Shown here: piece by piece, positions 14,131-26,689 of the stretch
Numbering within the stretch: position 1 is the first letter of the stretch
Layout of the letters: every line of letters begins with the position of its first letter
Source: Basidiobolus meristosporus CBS 931.73
Taxonomy: Eukaryota > Fungi > Basidiobolomycota
Assembly: GCA_002104905.1 (NCBI GenBank)
Contig: MCFE01000093.1
Coordinates: forward strand, 62,001-126,000
Reading direction: 5' to 3'
DNA: 64,000 nt
The notes under the pieces: model-generated
Database searches by the model: none
What the model was told of the DNA's origin: nothing
Seen by the model: only the letters and a program-made list of their open reading frames with translations
Made by a program: the position numbers and the translations under genes

Positions 14131-14199
14131 CTTCTTAGTAAGTGGATTATAATTTTGTGATGGCCATTGGAGAGAATTACTGTCATTATCTTTTATAGA

Positions 14200-15620
14200 G
14201 TAGATACTTCTTATGTTTATTTGCTAATAGTTGCTTTAACAAAATATGCATAAATAGTGCAAGTAGAACTTGATTTAATCCATCAGCCTTGCAGTAGATG
14301 CTTTAGTCAGCAGTGCCTTTTTTGAAACCCAAATTTTCGAAATAAAACTCCATCTAGCATCTCCAGGCTCTTGATGGCTGTATGAAACTATATAGATATC
14401 TTTGAAGCTTGCAAATCAGATGGGGCTATAGTGGTCATGAAATTCATCAGGCTAGTCCATGCAAATGTCCTCATTAGGTTCTCTGTAGAAAAAAAGCTTA
14501 TACATCCATGTAATCATTGAAAACTTTATTTTGCAGCAATATGCTGTATCCATCCTATAAAACTAAACTTGGCAACTAATACACATGTTTCAGTGTAGTT
14601 AACTCTTATTGCTAAAGAGTATTCTAGGGCACAAGTCTTTCTTTGTAGCTTTCATTGTACCAACAGCCTTGCAATTTGTTTGGAAAGCCTATCTGCATCC
14701 AATTGATTTTTAGTTAATTGGTAATTTGATCAATTCCTAATTTTGAGTCTCTATCATGGTCTAATACTATTCAATCCTTGCGGATCTATAAAGCTTTGTC
14801 TGAAGGCTATTTAATGACTTTTTATTTTCTGGGGCTTGTCAATATGTACAGAATAAACATAGGCTAAGTTTGTACACTACTTGATGTAATTGATTGGCCC
14901 ATTTTTTGTCTGGTTGGAGCTCCTGGTTTGTAATATTAGAATGATCACTTTGGGATGAATCTGGGCACTGACTCAAGCTGAACTGCACTTGTAGACAGCC
15001 TGGAGCTCATCAATATGGATTGAATAGGCATAAGCTAAGCATGAACACTCAATAGTATAGAATTAGTGCTCTTGTGGTTCAGTTGGTACTCCTAGCTTGC
15101 AGTACTGGAACAATCATTTTGTGGATATTCCTAAGAAATAATGCAGTCTGAACCATGGTTGCATACTGTCTGTGGCTCATCAATATGGAACAAATAGGCA
15201 TAGTCTAGTTTGGTACCCTCATTGATATCAAAATTAGTGCACTTTCTGGCACAGTTGGATATCCTGGCTTGTAATACTGCATGATCCCTTCTAGCATATT
15301 CATGGGAACTGATTTAGGCTGATTCATAGCTATTTAGTCCTCTGGAGAAGAGAAGCCTTACCTGCTTTGCTCTGATTCAGTCCTGATTATTGGTGAACTT
15401 GAATTCAGATTTTGTCAGCGTTGGATGGAATTTTTGTGAGCTTTTGAGTCTTCCACTAACAAAACATACTTGGACTTGATCAGCTTTTTAGCTTTGGCAT
15501 TTCAGGTTTGTATGCCTACCCACATTGCAGAAGCCCAAAGTTCTGCATTTTATACCTTTTGGCTTGCAATTTGACTGATTTTTAGACAGTTTCTCGGTAT
15601 TTGCTGAGGTTTCTAGGTGA
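14200..15620 (-). mobile_element. Copia-B integrase-RT remnant with an internal ~171-bp triplication
   Basis: Reverse complement homologous to 34.64-35.66 kb; the integrase/RT linker occurs three times at about 14830, 15000 and 15172; ends approximate. Confidence 0.7.
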
Positions 15621-16270
15621 ATATCTTGCTAAATAAGATAGGTAAATACTTTGGTGGAATCAGAATTATTTGCAAGATGTAAGCCTAGAGATCATGCATA
15701 AAGAGAAGTAATTAGGTTGGCTGAATAAAGAAGTGAGATAGTGAGCCAGTTTATGGGATAGTACCATTCAAACAAGACAAATGGGAATAAACTAAAACAA
15801 GGCTGGTAGACAGCAGCAAAGTAGACACTATGGGAGCAAGAACATCTGTCTCTGAGTGTTGCAATAGCCCCACTGCACCACACTAGGTGGGGTCTTTTTG
15901 TTGGATGGCGCCATATAGGGCCAGCCTGCTTATAGTGCTAGACTAGATTGGCACACTGTGGCACTATCTGACCCAAAAATCTCTGCCATTGAGCTAGTGA
16001 TAGGATGCACTTATGGTTAAATCTACTCAATCTCACCTGTATTCTCAGGTTAGTATATTTCTTGCATTGTTTACTCTCCACAATGCCCCAAACACATTGC
16101 CCTTGGTGGAGGACATCTTGTAAGAAATTACTGCAAATTAGTAAGTTTCTTGACTACTTCTCTAATTCCGATTTTGCCCTCCACATTTGATTTTCCTCAG
16201 TGTTATCCTGCCAAAATGTTTAACCATTTTAGGCATCCAAATGCATGATAAGGTCCTGCTCTGAAATGAT

Positions 16271-19200
16271 TGATATGGTCTAGTGGTTGAATGTTTCAGT
16301 TGGATCAGTTTTAATCAAATCAATCAGTTTCATGGTTAGCCTATTGATATATTGGCATTATCTATCAAATCAGTAGTATTAGTCAGCAAATGCTTAAGCA
16401 GATCCTTATCCAACAGAAGTATATGTAGTTAGAAGGATCAAATTGGGTGATGATGATGCAATCAAATGAGTCATCAGCCATAACCTATATTAGGAAATAA
16501 AATTAGTCAGCAACTAATCTGGCAAAATGTAAATAAGGAGCTGCGGGAACCTGAATGAAAATTAGTTCAAGTTTTAGTGAATACAATATTAGCTGAACTC
16601 CCTCTTCCTCTGCAACTCCTACATCAACACTTTTAACATTGTTAGCAGCAATAAACAGAAACCTCCCTACTGAAGAAAAGAGAAGCCTCCCTCTAGATGG
16701 CAGAAAATCAACAGTGGAAGTATGCCATGCTGCAAATCCTGGCACAACAGAAACAGTTACTCCAAATCCTGTCACAAGCAACCTTAGTGGGAAGGTCAGC
16801 CAGTACCATGGTAGAGTCAATGAAAACCTGGGAACTTGGCACTTCCAGATTGCAGAAGCTTTCAAGGCTAAGGGAATTGCTCCAGTAAGCAAGTTGCATT
16901 ATGCAGCTTCTTACTTGGCAGATGCAGCTTAACAGTGTTACCACAGCAAGATTAGGTCAGCCACTATGATGTCTTATGATCTGCCGCTTCAATGTTTAAG
17001 TTAGATTAGTTTCTGGTTAAATCAATTAGTTATATGCTTAGGTTATCAGTATATCAGTATTATCTATCAAATTAGTAGCATTAGTCAGCAAATAAATCAG
17101 CAGATCCTTATCAGACAGATATAGATATATTAGGTAGGATCTTATTGGGTGATGATGATGCAATCAAATGAGTCATCAGGCACAGCCTACATTAGGAGAT
17201 TCAATTAGTCAGCAAATGTTCTGGCAAAATGTATATAAGGAGCTGTTGGAACCTTAATAAAGATCAGTTCAAGTTTTAGTGAATACAATACCAGCTAAAC
17301 TCCCTATTTCTCTACAACTCTTATACCAAGACTTGTAACAGATGGAATGCACTACAATCTTTACCTGGAATGAGTTTGTGTCAGATATTCAGGATACTTT
17401 TGAACCCCCACACCAGCAGACACTACTGAGAAGCAAGCTTGAGACACTGTGACAGAAAGGAATGGCTCAACAATACATCTATCAGTGTAGATGTCTACCT
17501 CCACAAATTGAGCAAACGTACGCCCTGGATCAAGTTCAATACTATATTGATTGGTTGAAGGAAAGAACTTGCAAGGAAGTGAATCATTGGAGATCTCAGA
17601 CTATTGGAGAAGCTATGAAGATTGCCATTCACTATGACTTAGCTATGTTTGGAGTTGGGAAGCTCACAATAACTAATCCAAAAGGCTACAGTTGCTATGA
17701 AAGAAGACAATCAGAGTCAGTCCAATGGAAATAGATAATATGCAGAGGAATCCCACCTCAGAAGAATGTGAGAAGAAAGGACTTTGCTTTAATTGCCACC
17801 AGTAAGGAGAAATTGCAAAGTATTGTCCTCAAAGAAGAAATAGGTGCCAGTCATCAAGAACCTTCAACCATATTGAAACCCTTGAACATAGTAACATGGT
17901 CAATGAGCTTGAAGAAGACTCAGAACTCACCTTCCATATGATCAAAGAATACCTATCCTAAGTGACCTCAAACTCAGCAAAGTTATTATACTTGAATGGA
18001 GTATTCAATGGAGTACCTGCCAAAATCATGATTGACTCAGGAGCATTGAGCAAGTATATGTCAGAGAAATTTGCTTTAAAGACTGAAATCAGCTTGGAAC
18101 CTACCAAATCAACTTCAATATCAATAGCAGATGGGAACTCTCACATAATCAACTATATTACTCTGCCAGTAAGAACAAAGAACAGTGACTATGAAGAAGG
18201 CCTACAGGCCTATATATTTGGGAATTGCAAGTTTGACCTTGTGCTTAGAAAGCCTGGCTATTCTGTTGTAATCCATCTATCAACTGAAGAACCCATGCTA
18301 CTCAGATCCAGAAGGATTACAAGACATTTAAGCAAATACCTGCCAGACTGGATTTCAACTTGGTCAATTCCAGTGTGTGTGATGCAAGTGAGCTTAGCAA
18401 GACGCAGTTCTGTTGAGCACCTAGAAAAAGTACCCATATATTCCTTGTGATGGTATTATGGGAGGATTCCTCTACTCCAGCACCCCAGAAGGTCCAGACT
18501 CTTTTGAAAGAATATTCAGAAGTTTTTCCAGTTGAAATTGTAATCCTGCCCCCAGTTGGAGATGTAGATCATGCCATTGACACAGGAGATGGCCCCCCAG
18601 TGAGGAAGATACCTTGCAAAATGAGTCCATCAGAGTGGGAGGAGATGAAGAAACAAGTAGACTAGTTATTGGAGCAAGCATATATTAGACCCAGCAAGTC
18701 ACCTTGGGGAGCACCAGTACTATTTGTGAAAAAAAAGAATGGAACACTTAGGATGTGCAGACTACAGAGCCCTCAGCTCAGTAACCATGACAAATACTTA
18801 CCCTGTACCTTGGATTGATGAGCTTTTGTATCAATTCAACAGAGCTACCATATTCAGCATAATTAACCTTGTGTCATGATACAACCAGATTAGGGTGAAA
18901 CCTGACAACATCTCTATGACAGCATTCAGAACCAGATAAGGGCATTACAAATACTTAGTCAGGAGATATGGCCTATCCAATGCCCATACAACACTCATGA
19001 CCTTGATGCAAACAGTCTTCCAGGAGTACTTCAACAAGTTTGTGGTAATCTACCTTGATGACATATTGATATACAGCAAGGCAGAATAGGAACACTTGAT
19101 GCGCATTCAAATGGTCTAGAAGCAGCTAAGAGAGAACAAGCTGTAAGGCTAGCTAGTAAAGTGTGAATTCTTGAAGGATCATGTTGAATACCAGGGAAAC

Positions 19201-21515
19201 ATAGTGACTAGTACAGAATTGACCTTGAACCCCAAGAAGATTGAGGTCATCAAGAATCTGAAGTGGCCCATGGCATATTGGAACTCAGATCATACTTTGG
19301 AATGGTTTCCCATTATTGGAGATTTGTCAAGTCCTTTGCCAGTATTGCAGCACCTTTAACTGATATTCTCATGAAAGATAACACCATGAAGTGAGACATA
19401 GCCTGTGAGACTGCCTTTCAGATGCTTAAGCATGAACTTGCTAAGTTGCCAAGCTTAAGAGTTCCAGACTTAAGAAAAGAGTTTACTTTGTGCACCAATG
19501 CTTCAAACTATGCAATTGGCAGAGTACTGAGTCAAGAAGATGAGGGACAAGACCATCCAGTTGCTTTTGGGTCCAATCAACCAAACTCAGCAGAACAAGA
19601 CTATTCAGTGCATGAGAAGGAGATGCTTACAATAATACACTGCTTGAAGACCTGGAGATGTTACATCAAAGGAGTCAAGTGCACTGTGAAGACTGATCAC
19701 ACCTTCCTCAAGTATATATTTACTCAGAAGGTACTCTCTAGAAGAACAACAAGGTAGAGTGAATATATAGCAATTTGACTTGGATATAGTCTACTGCGCT
19801 AGGAAAAACAACATGGTTGCCAATGCCTTATCAAGACTAGAACAAGTTGCACAACTCAACTTCATGCATGAATCTAATTGGCATTGCCTTTTGCCAAAGT
19901 ACTTCAAGGACCAAGCCATTCCTGATGTGGTGAATGAAGAGATCAAGAAGATAACCCAAGATGAAGCCAGCATATATGTAGTACAGGCTGAAACACTTAA
20001 GAATTGCTGATGGAAAAACTATTGCCTATTGCCCTTATGTTGCTTGCCTGGATCTAATACATAAGATTCACAATGGATATGGACATCTTGGAAGTGAAGG
20101 AGCCTATAGCCTTGTGAAAGCCAGAACATGGAGGCCCAGAATGCAAACAAGATAATAAGAAGCTAGTGAAAACATGCCCAAGTTGTCAAATCAACCAATA
20201 TTGACCACAGAGAATTGCTGAACTCTTTCCCTTAGAACCTGTGAGACTGTTTGAATGATAGGTAATTGAGCTTATTAGAAAACTGCCAACCACCAGAAAA
20301 TGCAACCATTGGATCCTAGTGGCAATTGACCTTACCACTAAATGGCCAGTGGTCAAAGTAGTACCTGCAGTCAGTGAGCAAGAAGTTGCATGTTTCATAT
20401 ATCATGAGATCCTTATGAAGTTTGGATGCCCTGTGGAGACTTTATCCAATAGAGGAGCAAACTTTATTACAAAGACATTGCAAGCTTACCTGGAAAAGCA
20501 GCAGAAAGAATGTTTGAATCCTCAGCATATCACCCCAGAACTAATGGAGTTATTGAGCGGTTTAATGAATTATTTGGAAAAATGCTGGCTAAGTTTGCAA
20601 ATGGAGCTGGCAGTACATGAGAAGCATATATAGACCAAGCACTTTTTGGATGCATAGTTACAGTGCACAACACCACCCAACAATTGCCATTTAACTTAGT
20701 GTATGGATATGAACCAAGGATTCCTGGAGATCTCACACAACCAAAGCTTACAAACACCTTAGAAGATGAGCTCAGTCAGCCAAGTAGACACCAGCAGCTG
20801 GAACAAAGACATCAACAGGCACAGACCACAGTATCTTAAAGTGCAGAAAAGATAAAGCAGAGATTTGATAAGACTACCTCACCAGTAGCATTGACAGTTG
20901 GGAACTTTGCATTACTGAGAAACAATACTCAAAAGAGGTCTGAGACACAAGGGACAGGACCATTTAAGATCATCATAAAGTGTCCGTTTGCAACTTACCA
21001 GCTTGTAGACAAACAAGGGAATATTGGGGAAGATTTAGTTCATTAAGACAGATTCAAGTTTGCAAGACTTGCTAGAAATACTCAACCATCAAGATATTGG
21101 TATCACAAGAAAAGAGATTCCAGCGGACCCTCTCAACTTTAGTTAAGGAGATTGTAATGATCTACTGCTTGAATGTTTGAGTTAGATCAGTGTTAGTAAA
21201 TCAATTGTTTTATGTTTAGCCTATCAGTATATCCGTGTTTCCTATCAAATCAGTGGCATTTGTCAACAAATGAATCAGCAGATCCTTATAAGACAGGAAA
21301 ATACTTATTAAATAGGATTTTACTTGATGATCATTCAATCAACTATGAAATTGGCCACAGCCCTTATTAGGAAATATTGTTAGTCAGCAATTGATCTGGC
21401 AAAATGTATATAAGGAGCTGCTGGAACCTCAATCAAAATCAGCTCATGTTTTAGTCTTTACAATACTAGCTAAACTTCCTATTCCTCTACAACTCTTATA
21501 TCAAGACTTGTAACA
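16271..21515 (+). mobile_element. Ty3/Gypsy family A provirus, full-length but degraded (5' LTR 16271-16638, 3' LTR 21153-21515)
   Basis: Gag (YAASYLADAA), protease IDSGA, RT ([22 protein letters not shown]), RNase H (CTNAS.YAIG.VLSQ), integrase (WILVAIDLTTKW), PPT before 21153; the empty site is seen in PHIS copy 3. Confidence 0.9.
16972..17340 (+). mobile_element. Solo LTR-A nested in the gag of Gypsy-A
   Basis: 369-bp LTR-A copy ending ...CTTGTAACA, flanked by 4-bp TSD GATG (16968-16971 and 17341-17344); gag homology continues across it. Confidence 0.85.
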
Positions 21516-21989
21516 TACTTAATAATCTCATAGTAGCTCTTTTGCTTTGTGTTGGCCCCCCATTCCTTGGATTCCTATCAGCTATGATACTTCCAATTCT
21601 CTGCCAATCATCTCTTAAGTGTACCAGGTCTGCTAAATATTACCTCCTTCTATCAAATTATGGATGGTTCTCTATCCATTTTGCTGTATCATGCTTATTT
21701 CTAGCAAGTGGCCAACTAAACTAGGTGAAGTTACCCTGAATGGCAGACAGTGCTTCAAACCTTAGACAGTGTGCCTTGTATTTGCCAGAATAAAAATGTC
21801 TCACAGAAAAATCTAATATAACACGGTAGTGCTAGACTGTATCTTTATGCAAAAGCCTAAGAATCAAATGATATTAAAGATCCATGAAGCCTTTGTGTGC
21901 AATGATGAAAAGTTGTCTAATACTCAAGAGGCTTTAAAAGGTGTAGCACTATATTGCCTCATAGCCAGCATACCATTTATCATCAGGAG

Positions 21990-22500
21990 CTAAAGGTTGA
22001 AAGGAATGTTCTTGATCAGTTCCATGAGCAATATCATGAATTTAAACAAGCCAACAGATTTTGGGCCAGCATTGTAATACTCAGAGTATATCAAGAATAG
22101 CAGAAACTATCAAAGGCAGAAGAGCAAGGTTGCCATAGCCAAAGACCAGTGGCCTCCTCAAGTGCCTGCTAACAGCAGGCCCAAGATCTCTAAGTAGTTG
22201 GCAAAGAAATGTCAGGTTCCCCAAAGAGTGCCAGTGAGGGACCATGAGCCAAAACAGATGCACTAGTGCAATATTTCTCAAGGGAGAAGCATGGTTCCAT
22301 GCAAGAAGCACCAGGTCCAAGTAGCAGCCAAGTACCTGCCATATATGAAAACTAGCGGCTTCCTCAGGGGCCTGTCACAGTCTGGGCTGAAAGCTCAGAT
22401 TTAGCCTCAAAGAAATGCAAGTTTGCCACAAAAGTTGTGGTAAGGGATATTCAGGCAGAAACAGATGCACCAGTGGAGCATTTATCAATGAGTAAATGTA
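21990..22500 (+). repeat. Family C fragment
   Basis: Homologous to 37.83-38.33 kb; ends approximate. Confidence 0.65.
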
Positions 22501-22585
22501 GTTTAATACAACAAGCACTCAGACAAAGTAGTAGTGAACAGACATGCAGTGGTAAAGGAAAAGCCAAAGTGAAGTAATTCTATCA

Positions 22586-22705
22586 TGTCGTAAGAATCTT
22601 GGAGATATTGCCAGTATTTGGAGAGCAAGTATATTATGTGGCTCTCACTTAGTGATTTACTGAGTGTAGTAATAGTATTTTGACTCTTACATGATCTTGG
22701 CATAT
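22586..22705 (-). repeat. LTR-B fragment
   Basis: TGTCGTAAGAATCTTGGAGATATTG... matches the reversed LTR-B at 40647. Confidence 0.6.
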
Positions 22706-23184
22706 ATTATCATATTAAATATGGAAACTACAAAGGAATTGCTGAGTTCTTAATTTTGCTGAGGCACAATTTTAATTTTGTTGAGATACAAACTAAACCA
22801 AAAGGTTCAGTAAGCTTTATTTATACTTTTCTGATTGAGTTGCATTAGTAAGCACCAAGAGACTGGACTAATTGAAATATGTTGGGGTGTTGATAGGTGC
22901 ATCAGATATATGAAAAATTGCATCATTGATTAGCTGATGTCTTGGCAACTGCTAAGTGGTTGGATAAATCTCAGATGACTAATCACATGGAAAGGCTGAG
23001 CAGATCAGTTGAGGATGTAATGACCAAATGAGAATTGATCAGGTGTGATAGCTAAAAATGAATTCTGAGAAGTGATAAAATAAACCATGACAGGGATTAG
23101 TTATGTTTGGGTTAGGGAAAATCAGTTAGGGTACTAGATTTTCTAACGGAGGGAGATTGGCCAAGTTTTAAATGCTGATGCACA

Positions 23185-24240
23185 ACAAAAAGGCTGTCAC
23201 AAATTTAAAGTCCCATGACTAAGAAGTACTGATCCTGTCAGGACACCATCCAGAGATGATTGAAAAATAATTGCACCCCAGATTTCACAAAAAACTTAGT
23301 CAAAATTTTTCATTACACCATTATTTAAGTGGCTTTTATTTGGTTCTCTGCCAACTTTCCCACTTTGTGGACCCAGACACTCTGTCACCTCCTGCATTTG
23401 TGTGCATTGATTGGCTAATGCTTCTTCTTCACACTTCTTACTTCCTGACTCAGCCATATCTCTTACTTTTCATGCATACAAGTTGATTCATTTCAAATGC
23501 ACTTAAGGGCTTCACAGATCTTCAATGTCTTTAGATTTTCAGGCTTTGATATTAATGCTATGTTTTCTCACTCCCATGCTGTGATAGGTTTTTCTGCAGG
23601 CTTAATCTTTGGGCACAAGTGTTGTGCTTCAAAGACTGTACAGTGCTCCTCTGCTGTTAGATTTGGAAGTGGCTCAATTCTTGGCTGTGACATTGAGCAT
23701 TCTGAGTTCCTTCTTTGCAGCAATGACTCTGCATTTTCTACCTGGGATATTGATTGCTCTACATGGTTTGTCTGCTCATCCTGTGTCTGGACTATTTCCT
23801 GATTGCTCTGTGCTGTTATTTCTATTCTATCAGCCACTGCATCTAATTGCCTCATTGATGCTTTGGTATGAGCCAACAACATACCTGCCAATATGGGTGG
23901 TGATGATTTTATGATGTTCATTTGCTGATCTTCAACTGATGGTATTGCTTTTGCTACATTCTAACTCACCTCAGCATTAGGGTCAGCTTGCAGCTCTGCT
24001 GAGATTTCCAACTGCCTATGTGACTTAGAGCCTGAGGAGTATGTAAAATCACCTTCTGTGGGTACACTGTTCACAGGTCTTTGTTGTTTCTGTCTCTGCT
24101 TGTTGCACAGGATGTCAAAGTAAGCTGTTATCCCACTGCTCTTCTGCTGCTATCAGCAGTGAGGTTTGGTTGGGCACAAGACAACTTTGCTTCATTTTTT
24201 GGCAGTATATATATGGAAGTGAGTCAGACCAAAGGGGAAA
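23185..24240 (-). repeat. Family C ORF 5' part (minus, about 23498-24210) joined to an inverted family C terminal segment (23185-23495)
   Basis: Minus-strand translation ...QSNQEIVQTQDEQ...KTLKICEALKC matches 37.4-37.72 kb; 23185-23495 matches 38645-38965. Confidence 0.7.
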
Positions 24241-25445
24241 TAGTGTTTCATATATGTGTGCATATGGTGCCACAGCTTTATTTATTGTGCTTACAATAGC
24301 AGGTCATCATTGAATTCTACATTCATGAAGGCTCCATATCTTATACACAAGAGTGTCTTACATTCACCTGAGTATTCACAAAAAAATGACATAGTGCAAT
24401 ACATTGTTGAGTATCAAACTGTTCACCCATGGACAGTACTACAGTGACTCAACACCATAATAGAAGAGAAAAATAACATATAGCTATTGTAGCAAGCCTC
24501 TCAGGCATGAAACATGCTGACAGCATAGGTAGTATTACAAGGATTACGGCCAGCATTTTGCCCCAAGAGTCATATTTGTTCAATCATCAGTCACTACTGT
24601 ATTAAAGTATGTTGTTAGCCACCTAATACTTCTATAATGTTACATGGCTGTACTTGTCTCCTTGTGCAAACTGAGTCAGGTGAGTTTTTGACACCCTTAG
24701 GCTCACCCCAGCCTTCTGAATATGGCACACAGAGTGAAAGCTCTGAAGAAGAAGGCTCACTGATGGATTGTGAGCCTATCTACCCTTCCAACAGTACCCT
24801 GCATGAGCCTTGCAAAATCCCATTGTGCAATACAACAATACCAATGGATAAATATGCTGAGGACACTTTATGGAGTCAAGTAAGCCCTGTAATAAATCTG
24901 CTGTTGAGCATTATTAGGTTATTGCTAGACAAGTGGTGTGTTGCCACTGAGATTAGTTATGACACTTCAAGGATTTATTACTACCCCTTGCCAAAGTCAT
25001 CCTGGGATACAACCTACTGTGTATATGGTACAAATGAACAACTGTTATGCAGCTGGCAAAATATGACCCAGAAACTCTCCTGATACCTGCATGCAATAAA
25101 AGTTGCATAGCATTCACATCAGTGAGTGCCACCATTGCAAGGTGTCCAACTAGTCAGGAATCCACTACCATTGGGGAAAAACATTGCTGACACTCTGGAT
25201 ATATTCCAGTAATGCCTTGTGTAATGAAGTTCATGCAGTCTAACAAGTATTGTGAAGCTATAAGACTTGTTCCGTTGGATAGTGCCACATAGTGCCAGCC
25301 AGTTTATAGTGCCAAATCAATCTGGCACTCTAGGGCACTATCTGGCACTATAATTTCTACCATGATGCCAGTGGTATGATACAGTTACTGGTAATTTTAC
25401 TCAATCTTACTTATGTTGCTCAGAATAGTGCTTTCCTTGCTTTAT

Positions 25446-26330
25446 TTACTCTTCATAATGCTCCAGACACATTTCTCTCAGTGGATGTCTTCTTGTATGA
25501 ACATACTGTGCATTAATAAGTATCTTATCTATTTTACCTATTCTGCTGTTTTCACCTATATATGACTTTCCTCTGTATTTACCTGCCAATATGCTGAATC
25601 TCTTCAGATATCCAAATGTGTGCTCTACCCTTACTCTGAAATGATTAAATATCTCATTGTAGAGCTTCTGCTTCCTGCTAAGCACACCATTCCTTGGCTT
25701 CCTATAAGCTGTAATACATCCTAATCTCTGACAATCCTCTCCTATATAGGCCAAGTCTGCCATACATTTCTCCCCTCTACTGAATTCAGGATGATTCTCT
25801 ACCCAGAGTGCTTTGTCATGCCTACTTCCAGCAAATGGCCCACTAAACCAGATGATGTTACCCTCAATGTCAGATAGTGCTTGAAACTTCACACAGTGTG
25901 CCTTGTACTTGCCAGAATAAAGGTGCCTCTGCCCTCTAGAAGGTCTGTTAATCCTCACTGGGAAGGTATCCAAAATACTCCTGATATGGAACCTGTTGCT
26001 GAACACTCTGGGATATGGAAGTCTATTGGAGCTTCTGAACCTAGTATTCCAAGCTTACTCCAAGTCATTCATACCCTCTGCAAGGTGGTTCTCCATTGCT
26101 GTCAGCTGGGAATGAAAGCTTCTAGGACTTCTGTTGCCATGGATGGTGGGATGAAACCTTGTAGGGCAATAGTTCTTGTAATAGCAGAGAAGCTTAACAA
26201 GGGATCTCCTTGAGTAGATTGGGGTTGATGGTCCACAGTACTTGGAATAGATCTCCTCCAGTGTGTCAAAAGGAAATCCAGTGGTAGTGATGGGATTGAT
26301 GAGAAAAGACCATTCAGATGAGTAAGTCAT
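25446..26330 (-). pseudogene. DDE_Tnp_4 (PIF/Harbinger/ISL2EU-related) transposase, about 294 codons, single internal TAA at 26055-26057
   Basis: ORFs 26055-26330 and 25446-26006 share a frame; ILDT, GSRHD, MADLAY and RVEHTFGYLKRF supply an intact D-D-E core. Confidence 0.85.
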
Positions 26331-26689
26331 ATTAAAATTGATGGATGATTGTATGGAGGCGGTTTGAATTGATTCAGCGCGATCTGCATTATTTATCTGA
26401 TTTTTAACACATTATGGTTAAATCTCCATCAATTGCCATGTATCCCATCATTATGTCGCAAAAATCATCCGCAAACAATGCCTTGGTACTTTTATTGATG
26501 CTTTAATCATAGGTCTATAATCAAATAGGAAATCTGTGATTGATGTGATCTGATCCGTGTCAACGCAATCCAAGATGCATCATGCATAATATATGGAAAA
26601 TTCAACAATCACTTTAGTTTTCATATATATTTCATATAAGACCAGGTTGATGCCAATATACTGCTGTATAAGTATCCAAATCTGTTGCT

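Larger units (their letters stand above)
15890..21800. mobile_element. Divergent PHIS-type transposon copy 4 (left arm and transposase C-terminus), split by Gypsy-A
   Basis: 15890-16270 matches 25270-25645 (subterminal ATAGTGCC/GGCACTAT repeats, ...CTCTGAAATGAT); 21516-21800 resumes homology with 25645-25930; outer ends approximate. Confidence 0.75.

Noticed and set aside
23105-23135. TTAGGG motifs as interstitial telomere
   Set aside because: Two isolated hexamers, not tandem.
22720-23180. Possible further LTR
   Set aside because: No clear TG...CA termini, TSD or second copy in the window.
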